NCBI GenBank assembly: GCA_030603365.1
Contig: JAUVXV010000014.1
Coordinates: 1 to 64,000, forward strand
Direction of reading: 5' to 3'
Source of the DNA: Candidatus Heimdallarchaeota archaeon
GTDB lineage: Archaea; Asgardarchaeota; Heimdallarchaeia; Heimdallarchaeales; Heimdallarchaeaceae
Length of the DNA: 64,000 bases
The notes under the pieces were generated by a model. The model was not told the DNA's origin. It saw only the letters and a list, made by a program, of their open reading frames with translations, and did not search any database. A program made the translations under genes and the position numbers. Positions 9,690 through 18,351 of the stretch are shown piece after piece; the stretch's first letter is position 1; each line of letters starts with the position of its first letter.

Positions 9690-10718
9690 TCATTCAATCA
9701 CTTTTTCACCTGATTTGCTTAAATACACAATTGCATTTCTCCCCCACTTCTCTTTTCTAATCAAACCTTGTTCTTCTAATAATAGAAGGTTTCTGGATGT
9801 TTTAGCTCTTGTGAAATCAGCTTTTCTTCCCAATTCATTTTGAGCAATTTTTCCTCCAGCTTCATTAATAATTCTTAGAAGTGTTTTTTGAGATTCATTT
9901 AGAAACAAGGTTCCTATATCCTTGATAGATTTATCTTCTTTTCTTCTCATTAGTAAATAAGTAATTACAAAACCAACTGATATACCTAACAATGGCCCAA
10001 CTACAAATGCCCAGATTGGGGGATTTGAAGGTTCAAGAGAAGGAGGGTCATAACGTACAATGAAGAGAGGATTGAATGATGGTAATAGATTCTGAAGTGA
10101 CCACGATATTATCAATCTCTTTCCTGCAAAGCTCTGTGTTTGATTAGTAGGATAAATTGATGTCAAACCCGCTTCTTCATGGATATAGCTGTTCTCTGGA
10201 AGTTTAACTAATAGATAAAGATTCTGAGTATAGTAATTTATCGTTGAAGAATACTCTAGATTGTAGTAATCTGATTCATCTTCGTAAATGGGCATCATAT
10301 CTAGATTATATGAGAGATAAAATGAAGTAGTGTCATTAGTGTCTAAAACTTGATTTAAGTTAAAGAACAGCTGAAGGTAAGAAGAAGTTTGAACAAGAAT
10401 ATCATAATCAATTGTTCCTGTACCATCTTCAACTGTTACGTTGCTGCAAGAGTGGTTTAACCAGAGAGTAAGAGAAGAGACAGAATAGTTCAACCTATTC
10501 TCAATATTATAAATCTCTGTAACATAGATTTCATCAACTTCAGGGATGTCAATTTGAGTTACATGAGATGTCAATACTATCATATCAGAAACTTGCATTT
10601 TTGGACAATACTCTGACCTTTCTAGAACAGTTGCACTACAGTTTGTGTTTGGAAACTGGGATAGCATAACCAATGTAAATACTAATCCTAAGAGAGGGAA
10701 TGTTCTTTTCTGCAACAT
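9690..10718 (-). CDS. Membrane-anchored transcription regulator: signal peptide, extracellular beta-rich domain, single TM, C-terminal winged HTH (COG2512-like)
   Basis: N-terminal hydrophobic signal, TM WAFVVGPLLGISVGFVITYLLMRRK, then LNESQKTLLRII..AGGKIAQNELGRKADFTRAKTSRNLLLLEEQGLIRKEKWGRNAIVYL. Confidence 0.88.
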   Translation of the reverse strand: MLQKRTFPLLGLVFTLVMLSQFPNTNCSATVLERSEYCPKMQVSDMIVLTSHVTQIDIPEVDEIYVTEIYNIENRLNYSVSSLTLWLNHSCSNVTVEDGTGTIDYDILVQTSSYLQLFFNLNQVLDTNDTTSFYLSYNLDMMPIYEDESDYYNLEYSSTINYYTQNLYLLVKLPENSYIHEEAGLTSIYPTNQTQSFAGKRLIISWSLQNLLPSFNPLFIVRYDPPSLEPSNPPIWAFVVGPLLGISVGFVITYLLMRRKEDKSIKDIGTLFLNESQKTLLRIINEAGGKIAQNELGRKADFTRAKTSRNLLLLEEQGLIRKEKWGRNAIVYLSKSGEKVIE

Positions 10719-10862
10719 CTGTATAATTCACATCATGGTTCAAAAGAATTTCTCTTGAAATTCAACATTTTCAACAAATAACACTTCATTATATTAAGAG
10801 TTAGTTGAAACTATAGTGTGACAATTTCGAGACTCAGAACAAAGAATTGAAATGAAATGATA

Positions 10863-10949
10863 TCAGAGAGGATTACTATTGAGAGGGTAAACATCAAAAA
10901 CAGCAGCTATACTATCAATAACATACAATCCAGATACCCATTCATTAAT
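10863..10949 (-). pseudogene. 3' remnant of a NosD-type surface protein gene
   Basis: Translates as INEWVSGLYVIDSIAAVFDVYPLNSNPL*, resembling the C-terminus of 7224-9599 (TWSGVGSYPIDWEVTSVVDPYPLDTNPLV*). Confidence 0.55.
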
Positions 10950-10988
10950 GATAATGTATAGAAATTAGAGGAATTGTTTAGAATTTCC

Positions 10989-12101
10989 TCACATTTTAAA
11001 CATTTTTTTATCCTTTCTCTTTCTTTGAATAGAGATTGTTATGATAAACAAGAAGATTAGAAATCCTGAAAGGTATGAAGCTTCTGTTGGGGTTTCTGTT
11101 GGAGTTTCTGTTGGGGTTTCAGTTGGAGTTATTATCTCGTTTAAATTGAATTCTATTGTATCTTCTACTGTAGTATATTCTAGATTTTCATCATACATCA
11201 AAACTGTAATTGTAAGTTTATCATCTGTAACTGAAACATTACAATAGTGATATTCTGCGAAGTATTTATCTCCTGCAATAGCATATTCAGTTGCAATAGG
11301 GGTATAAAGAGGAGCACCTGCTCCACCAGTGGTAATATGAACAATACCATTTCTTGTGGTTTTATAATAGTAATGATCATGTCCTGAAAAAACTAAATCC
11401 ACTCCATATTCTATTAGAATAGGTTCCAAAACAGCTCTTATCACTCTAGAATTTTGATTTCGAGATTCACTTCTTACTGAATAACTTGGTCGATGATACA
11501 TTGCTATTGTAAATGATTTGTTGTTATTCTCTAGATCATCAATAATCCAGTTTTGTTGTTCTGTTGTAATCTCATATTCATAATCATCCTCATGTGTCCA
11601 ATATTCATCGGTGTTAATTATAATGAAGTGAATTTGATTGAAATCAAAACTATAAAATCGTTCATTACCTGGCATTTCAACATTCGCCATGTATGTTGAA
11701 AAATCCATATCCAGAGGTCCATAAGTTCCATTTGGGAATTTATATGTATACATCTCATGGTTTCCTACAGCATAGTAGAACTGAATATCATTCTGGACAA
11801 GCAAATCTATATCTTCATAATATCTATTCCAATCATCTTGTTCTCCGCCATTATTTGCCATATCACCTGTATGAAGAATGAATTCAAGATTGGGATTACT
11901 TAACATAACATCTTCGAAAATAGATTTTCGGATATCATTTGTTATATTTTCATCCCAGTTTCGCGAATCTCCGAAAGCGATAAAATGCCAAGGATCGTAA
12001 GAATCATCTACTTCAATTTGCACTACATTACTGTGTGTATGTATTAAAGAAGAAACGAGAAAGATAATCAAAAATATCAGAGTGGTTAATTTTTTGTTCA
12101 T
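10989..12101 (-). CDS. Secreted metallophosphoesterase (purple acid phosphatase/calcineurin-like) with TPTE linker and C-terminal TM anchor
   Basis: FGDSR, HTGDM, GNHE, YHRPSY and FSGHDHYY motifs; signal peptide; C-terminal TM plus basic tail. Confidence 0.92.
   Translation of the reverse strand: MNKKLTTLIFLIIFLVSSLIHTHSNVVQIEVDDSYDPWHFIAFGDSRNWDENITNDIRKSIFEDVMLSNPNLEFILHTGDMANNGGEQDDWNRYYEDIDLLVQNDIQFYYAVGNHEMYTYKFPNGTYGPLDMDFSTYMANVEMPGNERFYSFDFNQIHFIIINTDEYWTHEDDYEYEITTEQQNWIIDDLENNNKSFTIAMYHRPSYSVRSESRNQNSRVIRAVLEPILIEYGVDLVFSGHDHYYYKTTRNGIVHITTGGAGAPLYTPIATEYAIAGDKYFAEYHYCNVSVTDDKLTITVLMYDENLEYTTVEDTIEFNLNEIITPTETPTETPTETPTEASYLSGFLIFLFIITISIQRKRKDKKMFKM
11082..11129. repeat. 4 x 12-bp coding tandem repeat (TPTE linker)
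   Basis: TTCTGTTGGGGT, TTCTGTTGGAGT, TTCTGTTGGGGT, TTCAGTTGGAGT. Confidence 0.95.
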
Positions 12102-12244
12102 TGATTTATTACCCAGGAGAGTTATTTCATTACTATTGTAAGAAGTACGATATTTAGAGTTTTACATAAGAATAAAATGAAATTAAGAGAAGCAATCCAG
12201 AATACTTTGGAAAAGGAAAATCAAAGAGATATCTAACATGATTT

Positions 12245-13384
12245 CTATTTCTTTTTAGGTTCTAATCGTTCGTAACCATATTTCTCTCTATATTCATCCC
12301 AGTGTTCATTTACTCTACGAATAACATCATCATTTGTATTGTGGGTATTTGGAACATGTTCTCTTTTTTGAGATTCTGCGTAAGCAATCATATCATTCTT
12401 ATACTCTTCCCAACCGTCAATTCTCAGGTCCTTGTATACTTGTTCCATCATTTTTGATGGATCTTTGATGAATTCTTCATACTTAATATGAAAAACATTT
12501 TCTTTAGGAATGAGATGCAAATCTCTGTTTTGGCATTCATAGAGATGCTTATAGTTCTTCAGAATGTCTTGCTTCATCTTTTCCTTATCCCATTTTTGTA
12601 AGGTGTAAAGAGCAAATACTTCATCAAAGAACTTTACTGTGCTAGAATAAACCTTGTAGGGATTTCTATAGGTATGAATGTATTTTGCATTAGGGAACAT
12701 TTTTACAAGGTCTTTAATTCGATAATTATGAGTTGGGTTTTTCAAGAAAAGTTGTTTTCCACCATGACCTAAAGTCAACATTTGAACCAAGTAATAATAT
12801 TTTTTTCTCCATTTGTTATGATGTTTAGGCATTCCTTCAAATGTTAGAAAATCTGAATAAAGATCGAAATTACGTGGAAAAATGAATCCTGTATAGTACC
12901 CATAAGGTGTGCAAGTTCCTATGCAGTATTCCTCTTCTGTTGGCTCATCAGCGCCCATGATAACATTGTCCATTGGTCTTACATCTGGTAAGGAACTTTC
13001 TATTATCCATCGTGTAAATTTGGGAAAACCTAGATAAAAGAGAGTTGCATATCCTTCAATATTTGAGACATAACCCTTTGATTTATCATAAGCCATGAGA
13101 GTCATAAGATATGTTGTACCTGTTCGATAATGACCAATGATGAAAATTGGGTCCTCTTTTATTTCGGTTTTCTTGATTTTTCTATGAAACCTAATTTTCT
13201 GGTAAAAGCGTAAAGGAGTTAGTACTGTCATTAGTCCAACAGCATACAAGAAACGTAAGAAGTATTTTAGATCTACAGCAAATTTGTTATCCCATAGAAC
13301 TTTTAGAAAAGTTGGTAATGAATAACCTGCAAGAAGTTCTTCTTTTACTATTAACCATGTCTTATCTTTACCCATTAATTTCAC
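12245..13384 (-). CDS. Sulfotransferase (Sulfotransfer_3 family, mycobacterial Stf-like)
   Basis: 5'-PSB motif PIFIIGHYRTGTTYL, RPMDNV, LKNPTH, 3'-PB motif YRNPYKVYSS, and YEEFIKDP. Confidence 0.9.
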   Translation of the reverse strand: MKLMGKDKTWLIVKEELLAGYSLPTFLKVLWDNKFAVDLKYFLRFLYAVGLMTVLTPLRFYQKIRFHRKIKKTEIKEDPIFIIGHYRTGTTYLMTLMAYDKSKGYVSNIEGYATLFYLGFPKFTRWIIESSLPDVRPMDNVIMGADEPTEEEYCIGTCTPYGYYTGFIFPRNFDLYSDFLTFEGMPKHHNKWRKKYYYLVQMLTLGHGGKQLFLKNPTHNYRIKDLVKMFPNAKYIHTYRNPYKVYSSTVKFFDEVFALYTLQKWDKEKMKQDILKNYKHLYECQNRDLHLIPKENVFHIKYEEFIKDPSKMMEQVYKDLRIDGWEEYKNDMIAYAESQKREHVPNTHNTNDDVIRRVNEHWDEYREKYGYERLEPKKK

Positions 13385-13477
13385 CCTTTAAGGCGTCTAG
13401 AAATCCAATTGACGAAAAAAGACTGAAGTTATTTATAATATTTTACTTGAAAAACAAAAAAATAAGAAAAAAAGAGA

Positions 13478-14536
13478 TTAAACTCTCTTTCTTTTAATAA
13501 CCAAAGCAGCTGCAGCTAGAACTGGGATTGCGAAAAGAGCAAACCAAGCAGCACTAACACCAGTTGCATCAGCTACACCTAAAACAGGATCATGTACTAG
13601 TTTTAGACCATCACCATAATTTGGATAAACTAGAAGTAAGTTGATATATTCCATGCCAAAAGCCATCCCTTGACCGAAGTCCATATCATATCCAAAACTT
13701 GCAGCAGTAGCTATAACATTAACAGTTTCTAGATAAGTATCCTCTTGATCAAAGATATCAGCTTGAGGAGCCCAAGCAAAATATGCAATTAGTCTGTCTT
13801 TGTCATCTGTAAAACCAACACCATCTCTAGTGTAGTTTTGTGTTCTATCTGCCATAAATTCTTCTGTATTATTGATTCTAATTGCATCTTCTGGTTGACT
13901 AACTTGGTCACCAGATTGAACTCTATGACGATATTGATTTTCATGAACTTTAACATTGAAAACTAATCCAGCAGCTTGTGGGGAGAAGTTCCAATTATTA
14001 ACAATGATATCAAATTTGATCTCCTTGAGACCTTTTGTAGCATATGTTACTGTGGTTTCATCATCAAGTTCTTGAGTAACAACTATATCTTCAAGATAAA
14101 TATGATAAACAAAGGAAATGGTTGCACCATTGTCTAGAACTGAAGATGTTTGTGTAGCTATAATTTCATTAGTGAAATTTTCACTTGTTACAGTCCAATC
14201 AATTGATGGAGAAGCTAAATTATAGATTTTTCCTCCTAGTAGTTCATCTCGACTATCTACTATTAGATCATCTCCAAAGATTTCAGCTATATGGTAGAAA
14301 CCTATGTGGAACATTGTAGCGTCTCTTCTACCAGGGTCATCATCTGTTAACCAGAAAATTATATCAGGTTTACCTTCATTAAGCTTCACTGTAATATAAG
14401 GAGTTTTTATGAAAACTGAACCTTCTCTTTTCTCAATACTTCCTTCAGCAGGAGGCATAGCAACTGCGTTTGAAATTGAAGAAAATACGAACAATGAGAT
14501 AAATCCAATCATCAGTATTTTGTGTGTTGTTTTCAT
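13478..14536 (-). CDS. Secreted/surface protein with C-terminal TM anchor
   Basis: Signal peptide, beta-rich body (IKFDIIVNNWNF, YPNYG..LVHDPVLGV), then TM and IKRKRV. Confidence 0.82.
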   Translation of the reverse strand: MKTTHKILMIGFISLFVFSSISNAVAMPPAEGSIEKREGSVFIKTPYITVKLNEGKPDIIFWLTDDDPGRRDATMFHIGFYHIAEIFGDDLIVDSRDELLGGKIYNLASPSIDWTVTSENFTNEIIATQTSSVLDNGATISFVYHIYLEDIVVTQELDDETTVTYATKGLKEIKFDIIVNNWNFSPQAAGLVFNVKVHENQYRHRVQSGDQVSQPEDAIRINNTEEFMADRTQNYTRDGVGFTDDKDRLIAYFAWAPQADIFDQEDTYLETVNVIATAASFGYDMDFGQGMAFGMEYINLLLVYPNYGDGLKLVHDPVLGVADATGVSAAWFALFAIPVLAAAALVIKRKRV

Positions 14537-14567
14537 TTTTAATACCTAACATACATTGAAAACGACA

Positions 14568-14623
14568 ATATATGAGATATCGGTTATGTCAGAGTTTCAC
14601 ACGGGTTTGCAACCGTTGGCAAC
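14568..14623 (-). promoter_or_regulatory. Promoter/operator of the 13478-14536 gene: 13-mer ATATCTCATATAT plus three phased 10-11-bp repeats
   Basis: Plus strand ATATATGAGATAT at 14568-14580. Repeats GAGTTTCACAC, GGGTTTGCAAC and CGTTGGCAAC at 14592, 14603 and 14614. Confidence 0.65.
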
Positions 14624-14624
14624 G

Positions 14625-15668
14625 TTATTCAATCACTGTTCTACCATCGTCAGTAAGATAAATAACATAGGTTCTTCCCCATTTTTCTCTCTTGATTAAA
14701 CCTCTTAGTTCTAATGGAACAAGATTTCTAGAAATTTTCGATTTACTGTAGCCTGTTATATCACATAACTCTTTTTGACTCACTTTGCCTCGATTATCAT
14801 AAATGATCTTGATGAGTGACTTTTGATTGTCAGTCAGAAGTGTCATGCCTATTTTCTTCATAGCTTTCTTTTCTCTATATCTTATTAACCACGATATTCC
14901 ACTTATACCTATGAAAACACCAACAAGGATACCTATTAGAAACAATGTTGATCCTTTTTCCCAGAAATTAAGAGGTTCTTCTGAAATAAGGGGTTCATCG
15001 AATCTGATTAAAAAGAATGGATTAGATGCAGATGCTTGGTTTTCAAGAATCCAAGTTGTTTTTATTCTATTTTTCTCCAAAACTTGAGTGGAATTGTTTG
15101 GATAGAGAGATGGTGTACTGTCTGCAAATTCATGCATAAAGCTCTTCTCAGGCAAATAAATAATCATCTTATACGTATTTGTATGATAAGAGATTGTAGA
15201 ATAGAATTCAAACGAATAATATATAGGATCTTCTCCTAAAGGAGTAAGAAAAGTGTTTAGTTCATATTTTACTGTGAAAGAAGCAGTATCGTTCTGTTCA
15301 AGCTCTGTTCTGAAATTCACTCTCACTGTATTACTGCTGTTTGATATAACAAACCAGTTGAAACTTAAGGCTCCTTCTCCATCTTCGACCAACAATGTAT
15401 TTAGAGAAGAATTAAACCATAAATCAATGTATGAGATATTTGCCGTATCAGTGTTCTCCACAACAAAGGATTCTTGAACTGATATTTGATTAGGTGTATA
15501 AATATCAATTGTAGTTACATGAGATCTAACATTTACAGATTCTTGATTGATGACAACATCATCACTTATAGTTGAATTTTTAGCTAATGTCATTGAAAAG
15601 GAAATTAACAACAATAGTGTAGAAATTACGATTATGGATGCTATTTTTTTAGTAGTAGTAGATCTCAA
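14625..15668 (-). CDS. Membrane-anchored wHTH transcription regulator, paralog of 9690-10718
   Basis: Same architecture, with shared SHVT.IDI, LPE.S..HE, S.YP.N, NP.F..R.D and LTDNQK...GKVSQKEL...KSKISRNL..LE..GLI..EKWGR. Both proteins end in VIE*. Confidence 0.88.
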   Translation of the reverse strand: MRSTTTKKIASIIVISTLLLLISFSMTLAKNSTISDDVVINQESVNVRSHVTTIDIYTPNQISVQESFVVENTDTANISYIDLWFNSSLNTLLVEDGEGALSFNWFVISNSSNTVRVNFRTELEQNDTASFTVKYELNTFLTPLGEDPIYYSFEFYSTISYHTNTYKMIIYLPEKSFMHEFADSTPSLYPNNSTQVLEKNRIKTTWILENQASASNPFFLIRFDEPLISEEPLNFWEKGSTLFLIGILVGVFIGISGISWLIRYREKKAMKKIGMTLLTDNQKSLIKIIYDNRGKVSQKELCDITGYSKSKISRNLVPLELRGLIKREKWGRTYVIYLTDDGRTVIE

Positions 15669-15754
15669 GTTAAACTTATGTGGGAAGCATCAGATAAAAA
15701 AATTTCCTTTTGATGCAAGGAATGAAAAAAGTGAAGTGGAATTGGATTTCACAT

Positions 15755-16621
15755 TCATAGAGTGTCTATAAACTCGATTATTTGTTTTGTAAAATCAGCT
15801 GCTCCTGGCAAGTGATGCATGTACAAGAAACTAGGTACTTGAATATAGGTACTAGTAGGTACTAAATCAACACAAATTTGTGTTTCATTATCTACATGAA
15901 GATCTTCATCAATAGCCCCAACCATCAGAGAAGGAGTCTTGATTTTTTTGAAATCCTCTGTTCCATCCCACCAAGTAACCCAACAAGTTTTCTTCCATCT
16001 CATAGCACTTGCAGTTCCTATATATTGTTTATATCGGTCTCTTTGAACTCCTTCCTTCACAACTGTACCTACCCAGATTTTTCCAACGAATTTAAGCAGT
16101 CCATTTATTACGAAACTAGGAATAAAATGAGTTATGAAGATCAATTTTGATGGAAGTTTAGGTGTTCTTACAGGACCGACCATTATTAGTGCTAGAGGGT
16201 CTATCCATTCTTCTGCTAGTGCTCTTGATGTATAGAGAGCTGAAGAGCTTGCACAAAAAATTATTGTCTTTTTGGGATCAAGTTTCAATCCTTCTAATGT
16301 TTCTTTAATATCTAATCCTGATCTATTCATGTTGCCTTTATGCTTCCATTTAACTTTAGAAGTTATCTTGTCTCTTGTTTCTAATACATACAAGTTGTAA
16401 TGTTCATAGAGACAATCCCACAGATCATTCCATGACATTGGAACTGAAGCATAACCTGGTATGAAAAGTATGTTGCAATTTTTAGGACGGTTTCCTTTTT
16501 TTGTGAAATATACAAGTAGTTCTGCTCCATCCGACATAGGAACATAAATTCTTTCTGCTTCATTATAGAAAAGAGCTTCTTGAGTATACTCTTCTTTTGG
16601 TTCTTTGTTCTTAGAATTCAT
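15755..16621 (-). CDS. Alpha/beta hydrolase fold protein (degenerate nucleophile elbow)
   Basis: MSDGAEL, ILFIPGY, KIKTPSLMVG..DEDLH; CASSSA where GxSxG is expected. Confidence 0.72.
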   Translation of the reverse strand: MNSKNKEPKEEYTQEALFYNEAERIYVPMSDGAELLVYFTKKGNRPKNCNILFIPGYASVPMSWNDLWDCLYEHYNLYVLETRDKITSKVKWKHKGNMNRSGLDIKETLEGLKLDPKKTIIFCASSSALYTSRALAEEWIDPLALIMVGPVRTPKLPSKLIFITHFIPSFVINGLLKFVGKIWVGTVVKEGVQRDRYKQYIGTASAMRWKKTCWVTWWDGTEDFKKIKTPSLMVGAIDEDLHVDNETQICVDLVPTSTYIQVPSFLYMHHLPGAADFTKQIIEFIDTL

Positions 16622-16742
16622 GAATGTAAATCACTTCGAAGAAGCTGTATAAAAAATATTGGAATTATGCTAAAATTTCTAGGTTGAAACTCGTTTAAAG
16701 ATTACTTTATTTACTTCTTTATAGTAAGTAAATTAGATTGAA

Positions 16743-17525
16743 TTGGCAATTCCAAATGATCATCCTAGAGCTCAATCATTAAAGATTAGAGAACAAATCA
16801 TTGAAGGTATGCACAACAACATAGTAGCTGAAGCAGGTCTAATTGCTCATGGAAGAGGGGAAGCTTTTGACTATCTTATAGGAGAGGAATCTCCTACTTA
16901 TGCAATTGAGCAACAAGATGCAGCTGTTGCACTTTTACTCACAGCTGAAAAACCAGTTTTTTCTGTTAATGGAAATGTAACTGCTTTATGTGCAGCAGAA
17001 GTAGTTGAGTTTTCTGAGCTTCTTAATGTTCCTATAGAAATCAATCTATTCTATCGAAGAGAAGAGAGAGCTAAAATAGTTGCTGAAAAATTAGTTGAAT
17101 CAGGAGCTAAAAACATTCTAGGTCTTGATCCAGAGTTTCAGACAATCATAACTGAATTATCCCATTCTAGAAGAATTGTTGACAAAAGAGGTATTCATTC
17201 AGCTGATGTTGTTTTTGTTCCTTTAGAGGATGGAGACCGAACCATGGCACTTAGAAAGATGGGTAAACAAGTTATTACTGTGGATTTAAATCCCATCTCA
17301 AGAACGTCTGTTTGGTCAAATATTACTATTGTAAACAATATAATTCGAACTATTCCAGAGATGATTTCAACTGCTAAAGAGCTTCAGAAAATGAATCAAA
17401 AAGAGCTTTTGGAAATTGTTAATTCATTTGATAACAATAAATCTTTAAGAGAAAGTCTGGAACATATTTCAGATAGATTAGACAAACTTGCTAGAGTAGC
17501 ACTGGATGGACTTGAGAAAATTTGA
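16743..17525 (+). CDS. pps: 4-phosphopantoate--beta-alanine ligase (phosphopantothenate synthetase)
   Basis: HPRAQSL..RE, GLIAHGRGEAFDYLIGE, SVNGN, EINLFYR, VPLEDGDR and DLNPISRT; lies in the CoA cluster. Confidence 0.96.
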   Translation: MAIPNDHPRAQSLKIREQIIEGMHNNIVAEAGLIAHGRGEAFDYLIGEESPTYAIEQQDAAVALLLTAEKPVFSVNGNVTALCAAEVVEFSELLNVPIEINLFYRREERAKIVAEKLVESGAKNILGLDPEFQTIITELSHSRRIVDKRGIHSADVVFVPLEDGDRTMALRKMGKQVITVDLNPISRTSVWSNITIVNNIIRTIPEMISTAKELQKMNQKELLEIVNSFDNNKSLRESLEHISDRLDKLARVALDGLEKI

Positions 17526-17538
17526 AGAAGGTGTAAGA

Positions 17539-18351
17539 ATGACAGCATCGAAGAAAATAACAGTAAAGGATTTTCAAACTATGAAAGAAGAGGGAGAGAA
17601 AATAACTATGATCTCTGCCTACACTTATCCAATTGCTAAGATTATAGATGAGATAGGTATTGAATCTATATTAGTTGGAGATTCCTTAGGGATGACGATT
17701 CTTGGATATGAAAATACTCTTGAGGTAACTATGGAGGATTCAATACGTCATAGTCAAGCTGTAGCTAGAGGTACAAACAGAGCACTTGTTATTGGAGATT
17801 TACCCTTTCTTTCTTACGGAATAGATGATCATGAAACTGTCAGAAATGCAGGGAGATTAATCAAGGAAGGTAGATGTGAGGCAGTGAAACTGGAAGGTGG
17901 GAGAGAAAGAAAAGAGGAAATTCAAGAAATTAAAGCAATAGGAATTCCAGTTCTGGGACATATTGGATTAACTCCAACTTACATAAATGAATTAGGTGGA
18001 TACAAAGTACAAGGAAAGAGTACTAAGGCAGAGGAACGATTAGTCGAGGACGCTAAAATTCTAGAAGAAGCAGGAGTCTTTGGGTTGGTAATTGAATCAG
18101 TTCCTTGGAAATTAGCTAAAAAAATATCCGAAAATTTAACTATCCCAACTATTGGAATCGGAGCAGGACAGTACTGTGATGGACAAGTTCTTGTTATAGA
18201 CGATTTAATAGGTCTGACTTCAGATTTGAAACCGAAATTTGTAAAACAATTTGCAAATGTAGGTTCTATAATTGCTGATGCTGTGAAAGAATATCTAGAA
18301 GAAGTAAAATCGAACAAATATCCTTCTGAAGAACACAGGTATGGTAATTAA
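17539..18351 (+). CDS. panB: 3-methyl-2-oxobutanoate hydroxymethyltransferase
   Basis: ILVGDSLGM, AVKLEGG, GHIGLTP, GGYKVQGK and PTIGIGAG.CDGQVLV. ATG at 17539 preferred. Confidence 0.97.
   Translation: MTASKKITVKDFQTMKEEGEKITMISAYTYPIAKIIDEIGIESILVGDSLGMTILGYENTLEVTMEDSIRHSQAVARGTNRALVIGDLPFLSYGIDDHETVRNAGRLIKEGRCEAVKLEGGRERKEEIQEIKAIGIPVLGHIGLTPTYINELGGYKVQGKSTKAEERLVEDAKILEEAGVFGLVIESVPWKLAKKISENLTIPTIGIGAGQYCDGQVLVIDDLIGLTSDLKPKFVKQFANVGSIIADAVKEYLEEVKSNKYPSEEHRYGN

Noticed and set aside
11082-11129. Short tandem repeat as a CRISPR array
   Set aside because: The 12-bp units have no spacers and encode a TPTE linker inside a CDS; there are no cas genes.
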